A DNA stretch of 64,000 nucleotides from an archaeon (lineage in GTDB: Archaea; B1Sed10-29; WALL01): contig JBHOSQ010000002.1 in the NCBI GenBank assembly GCA_042584585.1, positions 57,808-121,807 on the forward strand, written 5' to 3'. The notes beneath the pieces are model-generated. The model had not been told where the DNA came from. It ran no database searches and saw nothing but the letters and a program-made list of their open reading frames with translations. Numbering within the stretch: the first letter of the stretch is position 1; each line of letters starts with the position of its first letter. Shown here piece by piece: positions 37,672-47,790 of this stretch. Made by a program: the position numbers and the translations under genes.

Positions 37672-40600
37672 ATGGGCTTCTATTCTGAACTTGAAAAGAA
37701 ATGGTATAAATTGGTGGAGTCACTGGACAAGAAAGGAATTCCAATCCGTGCAATCACAGACCCCATCGAGACCGCTGGGCTGCCGAGCCTCCCCGTCGTC
37801 GCCGGCGTTGGGCTCGTGCTTTTGGCACTCGTGGCGTTTACGCTGCTGCCCGCCCAGGGAGCAACACTGATGCTGCAGGTCACTTCGGACGGCTCGGCCG
37901 TCGAAGGGGCTGAAGTCGCCGCCATGTTCGGGGACACCGAAGTGTTCTCGACCACAGGGCCAGACGGCTACGCCGAACTAATGCTTCCGTTCAACCAAGA
38001 AGTGGACTTAAGCATTACAAAAAGCGGGTGCGACACCCGCGCCGACTCCGTTTTGCTTGAGCAAGACGACGAAATCGAGATGAGTTTGAGCTGCAAAGGA
38101 AGCCCATCCTTTGCCGCGTGCATAACCTCTGCCCAAGAAATCGACACCGTAACCCTCACCACGCCAACCGGCGCCTACGCAAAAGGCTGCACGGTCGGCA
38201 TAAGGAACTCTGACTACAGCGCAGCCGACCTCGGCTGGCTCGTCAGCGGCAAAAAGCTTTTCATGACGTACAGCGCCGACAACTGCCCGCAAGAAGGGCA
38301 AAGCGTCGACATTTCCTGCAACGACTATAGTTACAGCGCGGACATGGAAGATTTCATCAACGACGCGCAGAAAGACCTGGAAATAGCGCTCGTCGAAGAA
38401 GACGATGACTACTACGCGGCTTCCGCCGCGGACCGGGTCTACACCGCCACTGTCCACGTCAAGGGCGCTGGCTCAAGCCTCAAGGGAATCCGCGTCAGCG
38501 CCACCGACGGCTCTGGAAACGCGCTTTCGTTCACTTACTCCAACATAATGCTCCAGGCCACCACCGGCACGGACGGCATTGCCATGCTCGTGATACCTGA
38601 GAACACTGTGTACTACATCAACGCAGAAGACACGGGAACGTCCTACGCGACCAAGATAAGCGGGTCGTACATCGCGACTGAAGACAAGACGATTAACGTC
38701 GAGCTCGAGAAAGGGTTCGAGACCCTGCTGACTGTGCTTAACATGAACGATAACTCGGCAGTCCCCAACGCATACATTGATTTGCTGCTGGATGACGTGC
38801 AGGTCGCGTACGGGTTCAGTGACAGCGGCGGAAAGGCCAAGTTCAAGCTCGAGAAGGCGGACTACACCGCGAAGGTGTCGAAGGCCAACTACGTCATGAC
38901 CTCGGTCGACTTTGTCGGCGGGACAAGCAACACACAAATACTGCTTGAGCCGCTCGACGACACCAACTCCGGATTCCTCAACGTCGAGGTAAAGAACGCG
39001 CACGGCGTCGGCGAGCCAATCGAGGGAGTCAAGGTAAAGCTGTTCAGCGGCGACGAAGAAATCAAGCACTCGTACTCCAACGACGACGGCCTCGTCAGCT
39101 TCGGCCGCATCAAGGCGGGGAGCTACACAATAACCGGCGAGGAAGAGGGCAGTGACACCGTCAGCGTGACCATCGTCGCGGGCGAGACCACCGACTCCGA
39201 CCTAACCGTCATTCCCCCGCAGGAAAAGCTTAAGGTATTCACCCAAGTCAACGGTGAGCACCAGAACGGGGTCGACGTCGAGATTTACGACATCACTTAC
39301 TCCGTAAACATTCCCACGCTGCTCGGCTCGTTTGTGTCTGGCACGAACCGCAGGGTCGAGTTCAGCTACGACAAGGGCAGCAAGCTCTACCTCAAGGCGA
39401 GCTTCACCAACCCGAACACCGGCGAAAAGTATGGCCCCGTCGTGTCCGCACCGATTGACCTGGACAACGACACGGAATACACGATTGACGTCACCGGCGT
39501 CAAGAACAACGTCGGCATCAAAATACTCAACGACGACAAGCAGGAGCACACCGGCTCGCTGGAAGAAGGCGGGAACTATTACGTGCAACTGGACGTCGGG
39601 ATACCTTACTACGACCCACAGAAAAAAGAGACGTACGACAGCGTTTACGTCGAGTTCTTCACCGGCGGAATCGGCGACCTCGAGGACATCGAGGCCACGC
39701 CGATACTGATCCGCAAGGTAACCGCCAACGACTTCGTGGTCGAAGACCCCGTGGTCGGGTCGATGGTGCTTTCCGACTCCTACGTGTACCACCAGGCAAA
39801 CTTTCCCGAGAGCACCGGCGCGTCCAAGTACATCCGGCTCGACATCATTGACTACAGCGAGGGATTGGTTTTCCCCATGCAGATACCCATCCACGTCCGC
39901 AGCAACGTGCAGGGCGAGAACAGCGTCATCAACTACCGCGTGTTCTGGAAGAGCCCTGAAGGCGCCGAGTTCGCGACGAACGGCGGGAAGTGGACACAGC
40001 AGCCAATCACGATAGACACCAAGACCAGCGGCTGGAGACTGCTGGACACGCACCCACACTTTTACTTTTACGACGCGTGGCTGTCCTACGACAGGGCGGG
40101 CAACAATGTCGCGGCCAGCTGGGCGACCACGAGCCACGCAGCTGCCCCGGAGTTCGCGGAAGGCAGCGCGTTCTACCTGCAGGTGAGAGGTAAGGCAAGG
40201 GTGCCGACCAACAACTACGGCGTCGAAATAAGCGCGATGCCGCAGGCCGGCTACCCGTACGCCATTCCCACCAGCTACTCGGGAAGCATTGTGCGGACCA
40301 ACGGCGTTGTGCAGGAGATTTTCCCGGCAGACGCCATCAGCATCAACGAAATCAGCCCGGCGTCCGGCTCGCAGGGCCTGGACTACTCGCTTGACGCGGA
40401 CGACGAGCTCCGCCTCGCAATCCGCATGGAGACGCGGCTCAAGGCAGAAGGCGGCGTCGGCGAAGACGCCCCAGTTGAAATCGCGGTGTTCGATGACTAC
40501 GGCAGGCAGAAGCTGTTGCTGAACGTTCGCAGCCTCAAGCCGAGCGAAATAACGCCGGTCTCAAACCTCATCGCGACGCAGGTGGTTGGCAGCCTCATCG

Positions 40601-43600
40601 AAGGGGTGCCGCGCGTCTACGACCACAGCGAAGAAGTTATTCCGTCTTACCACGTGCCGGAGTACGGCTCGACAGAGGGCAGGGTGTTCGGCGCGCTGCT
40701 GAGCTTCAACAACAGTGACCAGAACGACAAGAGCCTCAAGTTCATCATCCAGGACGAGCACAAGACAATTGACAACAAAGTGCCGTGGGCAAGGTTTTAC
40801 AAGCAGGCGCTCCCGGTGTACATCGACGCGGACTTTGCGGCGGAATGGCCGTTCATGTCGGAGAAGCAGGCGTTCATCCTTGGGCACACGACCGCGACGC
40901 ACTGCGACAATTTGACCATCGCAATAACGGAAGAGGCCACGGAACTAACAACAACGAAGATCAACTGCACGGTCGAGAACAACGAGTTCGCGTTCGACTT
41001 CGTGCCGACCGGAGTGGGCTGGCACACGGTCAACGTCGGCATTGACGTGCCGACACTGGACGGCAAGTCACAGGTGTACGAGGACGAGATACGCATCTAC
41101 GTCACGAACCTGCCAGAGATGACGGCCACCGCAAGCGCGGCGGCTTCGGTCAGGGAAGGGCAGAACATCACCATCACGGCAACGGTCTACAACACGGACC
41201 CCACTTACGCGACCACGATACTCAGCTACACCGGCAGCTACGGGAACCTTGACCCCGAGCAGAAGACGTCACTCGAGCCGCGGGCGTGGATATCCATTGG
41301 GACGAGCCACATCGCGACGGCGGCACTGGATGTAATTCAGCCGAGCACGAGCACGAAGATTGACTTCGTGTGGGAGGCGACCGGCGGCGGGCCTTTGACC
41401 GCCACGGTGTGCGCGGGATACTTCAAGTGGGACGGCGAGAGCTGGGACGTGCTTGAGGGAACGGAAAACTGTGACAACATCCCGATTGTCGTAAACGCCG
41501 AGGCAGACACCACGCTGATGGACCTGGGCATTGAGATGGACCTCAACGCGACGACCCATTACAAGGTGGACCTTGACACTGTCACTCTTAACGCCACAGT
41601 CATTAACCACGGCGAGAACTACACCACTTCGGACTTTGGTTTGAGTGTGTACATGTGGGTCACCAACGAAGAAGGGTTCCCCGAACTGAACAGTGCGCAC
41701 ATTGGCGGCGCCGAGGGGCTCAAGAACGGAACCAACTACACGGTAACCAAAGAGATTAACATGGAGGCGTTCGACTATGGAGTCTACACTGTCACGGTGT
41801 GCGCGGTGTACGACGACTACGAGGGAAGCACCTACGCGGACGGCGGCGGGGAGCCGGAGTGCGCGAGCCAGTCGTTCACCATCGAGCGCGAGCCGAGGGA
41901 CTCGTACGAGGGAGAAAAGACGCTTGACATATTCGGCGGCAGCAATAAACAAGAAGAAGACACTGCGTCGACAACAGGTAACGTCAACATAAGATACTAC
42001 ATCGAGAACGGCGATTATGCAACTGCGCTTGAGAAGCTGCTGTTGATTGACCGCCAGGAAGAGCCGACCATAGAAAAGATTGAGTCGCCCGTATGGACGC
42101 TCAAGCCCGGCGAAAGCGACTGGACTTTCTTCATCGGCAAGGGAATGCTGGCCGTTGGCAATGATGACATCAGGAGCAAGACGTCGAACCTGGAGATTTA
42201 CCTGTTCGAGAGCGATGCCGATACCTCTGGCCTAGAGCCGTGGGAGCAGGGCTCGTTCAAGCACGGATGGGTAGACTACGACCTGGCTCTGACGGGGTAT
42301 GACGACGAGTACAACGAGGGGCTGGACATTTACGCGGCGTCTCTTGGGGCGGCGATAATCCGCAAGGACGCGGACAGCCCATGCAGCGTCAAGGACTACA
42401 AGAATTACCCACAGCAGCCACCACTCAGCTGGTACCTCCAGAGCTGCAATGTGCTGCCGGTCGACTCGGACACGGACAACTGGCTGCTCGCGAACGGGAC
42501 TGCGGTCGAGCACATCCTCAACAATCCGGGCGGGTACAGCAGCGACAACGACGCCAGCCACCTCGTGATTCCGTACCACAACGAGTACGACATGTTCCTG
42601 AGGTACTTGCCGGAGCAGATGCAGGCAAGGATTCACTCGGGCAACATAACCGTGTACGCGAAAGGCGACCGGTTCGTCGTCGAGAAGACGTTCACTGTGT
42701 CCGGCGTTGACATCAAGCCAGCAACGCACACGTTTGACTTCACTGACGAGACCGCGGCCGGGAACAATTACGCGCAGAAGAGGGTGCAGCTGACGGTCAG
42801 CAACCTCGGGGACTCTGAAATCGAGATCGAGAAGATTGTGTGGAACCCGTCATCCGTCGCGCAGACCTATAACCTTGGCGTGAACGCAATCGGCTCGTAC
42901 GACAAGTTCGACTACAAGCAGCTGGACCCGTTCAAGATTCCGTCGGAAGGCATTGGGTACATCGACGTTACTTCGACGCCGTCGGTGGAAGTGTGTAAGG
43001 GCGAGACGACGGCTGGGCTCGAGATTTTCCTGGTCGACGAGGAAGTGCCGTGGAAAGTGGTGTTCAGCCTCAAGTGCCCGGGGATTGCAGAAGAAGACGT
43101 GGGCGCGGCTGCGGCGCAGCTAGTGTACAAGGAAAAGATTTCCCCCGACGCAATCAGCACGAGCCCACGCGCTTGTGAAGTGAGTGAGAGCGGCGGGAAC
43201 GAAATCGTGCGGGTGTGCGACGCGGAACAGTTCACAATGGCTGTACTGCAGGACGCGGCCGACGGGGGCAGGACACAGGCAGTGTATGCGCTCGGCGAGG
43301 AAGAAGTCACCGCGACAGTTATGGACAACGCAAGGGCGGCGCATGGGTTCACCAAGCTGAAGGACGTGATGCTGATTGGCCAGATGAGCACCGGCGACAC
43401 AAACCAGAAGCAGGCCTGGCTCGACAACGAAAACATCGGGTGCGGCAAGGTCATTGTCAGTTTCGAGAAACTCAGTGGGAGCAAGGGCGGCGACGAAGAC
43501 AAAGACGTCTTGATTACTCCTGTGACCGTTACCACGAACGCTACGTGGTGCGCGGGCGGCAGTGACGGCGACCATGCGGTCGCAATCGGGCTGCTCAATC

Positions 43601-44796
43601 TTGACGGCGCGTTGCGGCCGGACCAGGGCAGCGGCGTGCAGTACACTGGCTTCAGCGGAATGGACAAGTTCTTGACCGCGATGAACAACGCGGTCACGAA
43701 GGGCAGGCTAATTGTTGGGCTGCCGGACGTGTTCGGCTACGCCGGGACGAGCCCGAGCGAGGTGGACACTGAGTTCAGCGCTGACTACGACTACCGAACG
43801 CACACGTTTGTCTACAAGGACTGGCACGCCAGCGAGCTCGTGTCAAGTGACTGGGTGTGGCTGAGGGACCAGGTGACCGTGAATAACCCGGTTGTGCATT
43901 ACACCCAGATTGTTGATGACGTCAGCAGGGGCGGTAAGATTGTGCGGCTTGGTTTAGCTTACAACGACGCGGGCGTAAGTGCGTCCACGCTGCAGCAGCA
44001 CAGGGAAGACCTTGCGGTTGACCTTGTCAACTCGTGGACAGGAGCATCAATCGGGACTGCAGTCTGCGGCAAAGGCCACACGAAGGTGACCGGCCACACG
44101 GCGGCGTCTGGAAGCTGGTGCGAGGTCAGGATATATGGCTTGCCGATGGATGGTTACATCACTCGCCAGCAGCTGAAGCCGCCACACATACCTTTCACAG
44201 AAGTCATGAAGGAACCGGTCGGCACAAGTGTTAACGCAGACAGTGACTTTGCGATGGCCGGCCAGCTTTGTTATTGGACGGCAAGCGGGAATTGGATATA
44301 CGAAACGTACAAATCGTTTGTCTATTTCGACGCGGCCAGCGAGCTCGCCCCCAGCGCAAAAATCAAGTGGGTTGCCCTAGAGCTTTATGGCAAAGTCCCG
44401 CTCTACCAAGGACATGGCATACGGCCCGACTCTTCGATGCCTAACGACGAACGTGACGTGATGGTGCAGCGGGCGGTTAGCAACTGGAACCACCCCCGTG
44501 AGCCACTTGTGATCACGGACTTCAACTTCTTGCTTTATGACGAGACGACGGCCGAGCGGATGTGGGGTGGATGGAGCGCCTATAGTCGGAATGAGATACT
44601 TGACGTCCCTGAAAACACCGTGAACCGCAATGGCCTGACCAAGTTCGCGGTGCGGACAAGGGATGAATACTTGAGGGACCCAGTTCCCTGCCCAGGTGAT
44701 ACCCAAGGAACGAGCATAGGAGAAGTGATAAGCTTCTACACCTCCGAGGCTCCCGCAACCAAGCGGCCAGTCCTTGAAATCGCCTACGACCCGTGA
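37672..44796 (+). CDS. Giant surface protein 3 (2374 aa), paralogue with extra Ig/CARDB-like domains and a DNRLRE-like C-terminal domain
   Basis: Same leader; ITITATVYN and VTLNATVIN repeats; YKSFVYFD...IKWVALELY...FYTSEA...RPVLEIAY; TTTATATA at 37615. Confidence 0.85.
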   Translation: MGFYSELEKKWYKLVESLDKKGIPIRAITDPIETAGLPSLPVVAGVGLVLLALVAFTLLPAQGATLMLQVTSDGSAVEGAEVAAMFGDTEVFSTTGPDGYAELMLPFNQEVDLSITKSGCDTRADSVLLEQDDEIEMSLSCKGSPSFAACITSAQEIDTVTLTTPTGAYAKGCTVGIRNSDYSAADLGWLVSGKKLFMTYSADNCPQEGQSVDISCNDYSYSADMEDFINDAQKDLEIALVEEDDDYYAASAADRVYTATVHVKGAGSSLKGIRVSATDGSGNALSFTYSNIMLQATTGTDGIAMLVIPENTVYYINAEDTGTSYATKISGSYIATEDKTINVELEKGFETLLTVLNMNDNSAVPNAYIDLLLDDVQVAYGFSDSGGKAKFKLEKADYTAKVSKANYVMTSVDFVGGTSNTQILLEPLDDTNSGFLNVEVKNAHGVGEPIEGVKVKLFSGDEEIKHSYSNDDGLVSFGRIKAGSYTITGEEEGSDTVSVTIVAGETTDSDLTVIPPQEKLKVFTQVNGEHQNGVDVEIYDITYSVNIPTLLGSFVSGTNRRVEFSYDKGSKLYLKASFTNPNTGEKYGPVVSAPIDLDNDTEYTIDVTGVKNNVGIKILNDDKQEHTGSLEEGGNYYVQLDVGIPYYDPQKKETYDSVYVEFFTGGIGDLEDIEATPILIRKVTANDFVVEDPVVGSMVLSDSYVYHQANFPESTGASKYIRLDIIDYSEGLVFPMQIPIHVRSNVQGENSVINYRVFWKSPEGAEFATNGGKWTQQPITIDTKTSGWRLLDTHPHFYFYDAWLSYDRAGNNVAASWATTSHAAAPEFAEGSAFYLQVRGKARVPTNNYGVEISAMPQAGYPYAIPTSYSGSIVRTNGVVQEIFPADAISINEISPASGSQGLDYSLDADDELRLAIRMETRLKAEGGVGEDAPVEIAVFDDYGRQKLLLNVRSLKPSEITPVSNLIATQVVGSLIEGVPRVYDHSEEVIPSYHVPEYGSTEGRVFGALLSFNNSDQNDKSLKFIIQDEHKTIDNKVPWARFYKQALPVYIDADFAAEWPFMSEKQAFILGHTTATHCDNLTIAITEEATELTTTKINCTVENNEFAFDFVPTGVGWHTVNVGIDVPTLDGKSQVYEDEIRIYVTNLPEMTATASAAASVREGQNITITATVYNTDPTYATTILSYTGSYGNLDPEQKTSLEPRAWISIGTSHIATAALDVIQPSTSTKIDFVWEATGGGPLTATVCAGYFKWDGESWDVLEGTENCDNIPIVVNAEADTTLMDLGIEMDLNATTHYKVDLDTVTLNATVINHGENYTTSDFGLSVYMWVTNEEGFPELNSAHIGGAEGLKNGTNYTVTKEINMEAFDYGVYTVTVCAVYDDYEGSTYADGGGEPECASQSFTIEREPRDSYEGEKTLDIFGGSNKQEEDTASTTGNVNIRYYIENGDYATALEKLLLIDRQEEPTIEKIESPVWTLKPGESDWTFFIGKGMLAVGNDDIRSKTSNLEIYLFESDADTSGLEPWEQGSFKHGWVDYDLALTGYDDEYNEGLDIYAASLGAAIIRKDADSPCSVKDYKNYPQQPPLSWYLQSCNVLPVDSDTDNWLLANGTAVEHILNNPGGYSSDNDASHLVIPYHNEYDMFLRYLPEQMQARIHSGNITVYAKGDRFVVEKTFTVSGVDIKPATHTFDFTDETAAGNNYAQKRVQLTVSNLGDSEIEIEKIVWNPSSVAQTYNLGVNAIGSYDKFDYKQLDPFKIPSEGIGYIDVTSTPSVEVCKGETTAGLEIFLVDEEVPWKVVFSLKCPGIAEEDVGAAAAQLVYKEKISPDAISTSPRACEVSESGGNEIVRVCDAEQFTMAVLQDAADGGRTQAVYALGEEEVTATVMDNARAAHGFTKLKDVMLIGQMSTGDTNQKQAWLDNENIGCGKVIVSFEKLSGSKGGDEDKDVLITPVTVTTNATWCAGGSDGDHAVAIGLLNLDGALRPDQGSGVQYTGFSGMDKFLTAMNNAVTKGRLIVGLPDVFGYAGTSPSEVDTEFSADYDYRTHTFVYKDWHASELVSSDWVWLRDQVTVNNPVVHYTQIVDDVSRGGKIVRLGLAYNDAGVSASTLQQHREDLAVDLVNSWTGASIGTAVCGKGHTKVTGHTAASGSWCEVRIYGLPMDGYITRQQLKPPHIPFTEVMKEPVGTSVNADSDFAMAGQLCYWTASGNWIYETYKSFVYFDAASELAPSAKIKWVALELYGKVPLYQGHGIRPDSSMPNDERDVMVQRAVSNWNHPREPLVITDFNFLLYDETTAERMWGGWSAYSRNEILDVPENTVNRNGLTKFAVRTRDEYLRDPVPCPGDTQGTSIGEVISFYTSEAPATKRPVLEIAYDP

Positions 44797-44801
44797 ATGG
44801 T

Positions 44802-45191
44802 ATGATACAAGAAAAATGGGCCGGGATAGTTGACTCGCTCGCCGACAAGGGCGTGCCGCTTTATTTAGTGGCTGACCCACTGGACGACCACGGCATCCCC
44901 AGCTGGGCTGTTTTGGCGGCTATTTGGCTTGTTTTGGTGTTTGGCTTGGTTTTTGTGCTTTTTCCGGGTGTGAAGTATAGTTTAGACATCACAACAACGC
45001 CCGGAGCCAAGGTGCTCGTCACGTACGACGAAGCCCAGCTCACCAGCACAGCAGAAACCGGCACAGTAAGCTTTAAACTGCCGCTGGGAGCCGCCGCAAA
45101 CGTCAAAATCACGATGGCCGGGTGCGAAGGCGAATCCCTGGAAGTAGTGATGATTGACCACTACGAGTTCGAGAAAGAGCTAGTCTGTTGA
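44802..45191 (+). CDS. Mini-paralogue: leader + TM + one beta-sandwich domain
   Basis: EKWAGIVDSLADKGVPLYLVADPLDDHGIPSW; ITMAGC...LVC matches the first domain of the giants. Confidence 0.8.
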   Translation: MIQEKWAGIVDSLADKGVPLYLVADPLDDHGIPSWAVLAAIWLVLVFGLVFVLFPGVKYSLDITTTPGAKVLVTYDEAQLTSTAETGTVSFKLPLGAAANVKITMAGCEGESLEVVMIDHYEFEKELVC

Positions 45192-45587
45192 TTCCAGCAG
45201 GCCTTTAATCACGTGCTTCAGCGACCGCTCGCCCCTCTGCAAGTGGATTTTGTCGAGGTGGTGCTTGGCCTTTTCGTGGAACGGCGCGTCCTCGGGCGGC
45301 GCGTCCTTTGACTTTATTTTTCCCACGAGCGAGCGCTGCGCAGTCTTGTGCAGTGACTTTTCGCCCGTCTTCAATTGCATCTTGTTAAAGTGGTGGCGCA
45401 TTTTTTCGTGGAGCGGGGCGTGCTCCGGAGGCTTTTCCACGTACTTTTCCTTGTTGCCGTCAGTCAAGAAGCCCTTGTAGCGGAGGTCCCGCAAAAACTT
45501 CAGTGGCCGCGTCCACGTCAAAGTGTGCTGGATTTGCTGGGCCTGCACCGCGCCGCTCCCGCCGAATGGCTTGGGCTTTTTGGGCAT
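45180..45587 (-). CDS. Small basic His-rich hypothetical protein with an internal repeat
   Basis: PPEHAPLHEKMRHHFNKMQLKTGEKSL / PPEDAPFHEKAKHHLDKIHLQRGERSL. Confidence 0.65.
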   Translation of the reverse strand: MPKKPKPFGGSGAVQAQQIQHTLTWTRPLKFLRDLRYKGFLTDGNKEKYVEKPPEHAPLHEKMRHHFNKMQLKTGEKSLHKTAQRSLVGKIKSKDAPPEDAPFHEKAKHHLDKIHLQRGERSLKHVIKGLLESTD

Positions 45588-45647
45588 AGGCAAACAAACT
45601 GCGAGCCAGTATAAAAAACTGTGCCCGGTAGAAGGCGCCATACTATT

Positions 45648-45677
45648 GGGGGGCCGCGCCAATTGGCGGCGGCCCCC
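45648..45677. repeat. Intergenic imperfect palindrome, CCAATTGG core
   Basis: GGGGGGCCGCGCCAATTGGCGGCGGCCCCC. Confidence 0.75.
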
Positions 45678-45751
45678 GAGGGCGCTATGCATTATTGTAG
45701 GTGGCCCACCAATAGATAACGCTTTTAAACACGGGCTACTTCTTGTAGGGC

Positions 45752-46114
45752 ATGGGCTTCCTGGACTCGGTGCTCGGCACAGGCATGGGCGCCATGGGTG
45801 GGGTATGCGGATTCATCCCCAACTGCGAGTTCATTATGCTCGGCCTCAAGATTGTGATGCTCTTGTTCATAATCGGGTGGGTCAGGAGCCACCTCGGCGG
45901 AGGATTGGTCGCCACAATCGTGATGCTGTTCATTGGGTACTTGGCATTGTTCCAGTACTTCGCGGTGTTCGGGCCGCTCACGATTGTTTACTTGCTGATT
46001 ATAATGGGTGTCGGCGGGGCAATTACTGACCTGGCATTCGGCAGGGAGTACTACGGCCTTGGCGGAGAATCGGGGGCGGCAAGCCTCCAGCAAAGGATGA
46101 TGAGGCACGAATGA
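45752..46114 (+). CDS. Small membrane protein (cluster gene 1)
   Basis: About 3 TM; IIGWVRSHLGGGLVATI. Confidence 0.8.
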   Translation: MGFLDSVLGTGMGAMGGVCGFIPNCEFIMLGLKIVMLLFIIGWVRSHLGGGLVATIVMLFIGYLALFQYFAVFGPLTIVYLLIIMGVGGAITDLAFGREYYGLGGESGAASLQQRMMRHE

Positions 46115-46452
46115 TGAAGGGATTCATACAGTTCATTCCCGCGGGGTTCATGCTTCCCGCGCTTTTCATAGTGTTCCTGCTAATCATTTTCGTGCCAATA
46201 GTCGCCATCACGCTTTCGAGCGAGCTGATGCTCTTGTTCCAGGTCGGGGCGGCAATCATGGTGTTTTCGTGGGTCCGGAACGTCGTGGGCCCGGGATTGT
46301 TGAGTTACGCGATTGCGGGCGTTTTGATTTACATATTCGTGTTCATCCTGCCCCAATTCACAATGGGGCTGTACATAATTTGGACGATAATGGGCTTCGG
46401 CCTGTTCGGTATGCTGTTCTGGGGCCTGACCTTGTTCAGGCTGGCCGGGTGA
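46111..46452 (+). CDS. Small membrane protein (cluster gene 2)
   Basis: About 4 TM; VFSWVRNVVGPGLLSY resembles gene 1. Confidence 0.8.
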   Translation: MMKGFIQFIPAGFMLPALFIVFLLIIFVPIVAITLSSELMLLFQVGAAIMVFSWVRNVVGPGLLSYAIAGVLIYIFVFILPQFTMGLYIIWTIMGFGLFGMLFWGLTLFRLAG

Positions 46453-46499
46453 CACAGTAATATAAAGAAGAAAGTCAAGAATAATTGCAAGGTGGAAAA

Positions 46500-46748
46500 A
46501 TGGGTGACCTTTGGACCGACCTACAGCTGGCGGGAATACTGTTCGTATTCGTCTACTTGACGCAATGGGCCATCGGCATGACCGGCTCGCGCAGGGTAGG
46601 CATACTATTAGCCATAATCATCGTGTACCTCACGATATACCAGCACATGGAAGTGCTCGTGATTGTGATAGCACTGTTCTTCGGATACGCGTTCTTCGAG
46701 ACGTTCGAGAACACGTTCGTCCCCATGGGCAGTGGAATCAAGCCATAG
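46500..46748 (+). CDS. Small membrane protein (cluster gene 3)
   Basis: About 3 TM; LTQWAIGMTGSRRVGI; TATA-like TATAAA at about 46461. Confidence 0.75.
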   Translation: MGDLWTDLQLAGILFVFVYLTQWAIGMTGSRRVGILLAIIIVYLTIYQHMEVLVIVIALFFGYAFFETFENTFVPMGSGIKP

Positions 46749-46757
46749 GAGGAGTGA

Positions 46758-47045
46758 ATGGATACTTTCACCATTGTCATCTTCCTCATTATGATAATGG
46801 TCGCGATAAGCCAGAACGTGCTTTGGGCGGCAGCGCTGCTCATGCTGTTGTTCGTCGTGGCCGTCCGCAGCAAAGGGCTAATTGCCATGGCCGTCATCGG
46901 CGTGCTGCTCGCGTACATGTTCCAGGCGCAGCAGCAAGTCGTGATGCTCCTCGTCGCAGTCGTGGTGCTGGGGATATTCATGTTCACAAAAGGCAAGGGC
47001 GGGCCAGAAATGTACTCGCCCGGCATGCTCCTCGGGGGAAGATAA
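46758..47045 (+). CDS. Small membrane protein (cluster gene 4)
   Basis: 4 short TM; AGGAG RBS. Confidence 0.8.
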   Translation: MDTFTIVIFLIMIMVAISQNVLWAAALLMLLFVVAVRSKGLIAMAVIGVLLAYMFQAQQQVVMLLVAVVVLGIFMFTKGKGGPEMYSPGMLLGGR

Positions 47046-47402
47046 ATGGACATACTGACGCTGTTGCTGCTGGCATCCATTGTCTGGGTGGGCTTCACCT
47101 ACAACATGGCGTGGCTCTCGCTAATCAGTGGGCTGCTGCTGGCGGTATACATCTGGGGCGTCAGGAGTGAGCCACCGCCCGCGCCCGTTGCTTCAGGCAT
47201 GCCCAAGGTACGGCCAATCATCGTGAAGCGCAGGTACTCCGGACCTCCAAGCATTTACCCCAGCACGATGAGGATGCGCGTCAACCCACGGTGGAACACT
47301 TATGACTGGTGGGAAAACGCGTTCGGCGCAGCCGGCGTTGGGGTAGGCCTGCTCGCGCAAATGTTCAAGCCCGCCGGAAGAGGCAGGATAGGGAAGACTT
47401 AG
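47046..47402 (+). CDS. Small membrane protein (gene 5, hairpin-anchor paralogue)
   Basis: 2 TM + Pro linker + PIIV..P.IYP..RVNPRW...WENAFG. Confidence 0.8.
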   Translation: MDILTLLLLASIVWVGFTYNMAWLSLISGLLLAVYIWGVRSEPPPAPVASGMPKVRPIIVKRRYSGPPSIYPSTMRMRVNPRWNTYDWWENAFGAAGVGVGLLAQMFKPAGRGRIGKT

Positions 47403-47403
47403 T

Positions 47404-47790
47404 ATGGACCAAATACAGAGGCCCGTCGGCCTCATGGCATTCGTGCTTTTGCTCGCGATTTACCTAGACCTTACGTGGCTCGCGGCACTAGTCGGCGCGG
47501 GAGCCTTTTTCGTCATACTCTCGACAGTGAACTTCAGCAGGCCAATGCCCGTGGCACAGGCAGCGCCGCCACAAAAAGAGGAAGAAGTGCTGACTCCAGT
47601 GGTCGTGCAGGACACAGGCGAAGCGCCTTATTTGTATCCCCCGGATTTCAGGCTCAAAGTGAGGCCAAACTGGCCCGCCAACACGTTCTTCGAGAACGCG
47701 TCGGGTGGCCTCGGGCTGGCGCACCGTGGGCTGCACAGCATGATGGGCGGAAGGCCACTGCAGCGGTCGGGGTGGTTCAATGGACCTTGA
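47404..47790 (+). CDS. Small membrane protein (gene 6, hairpin-anchor paralogue)
   Basis: 2 TM + PVVV..PYLYP..KVRPNW...FENASG. Confidence 0.8.
   Translation: MDQIQRPVGLMAFVLLLAIYLDLTWLAALVGAGAFFVILSTVNFSRPMPVAQAAPPQKEEEVLTPVVVQDTGEAPYLYPPDFRLKVRPNWPANTFFENASGGLGLAHRGLHSMMGGRPLQRSGWFNGP

Noticed and set aside
22258-44796. Diversity-generating retroelement acting on the giant proteins
   Set aside because: No reverse transcriptase and no near-identical template/variable repeat pair noticed by eye.
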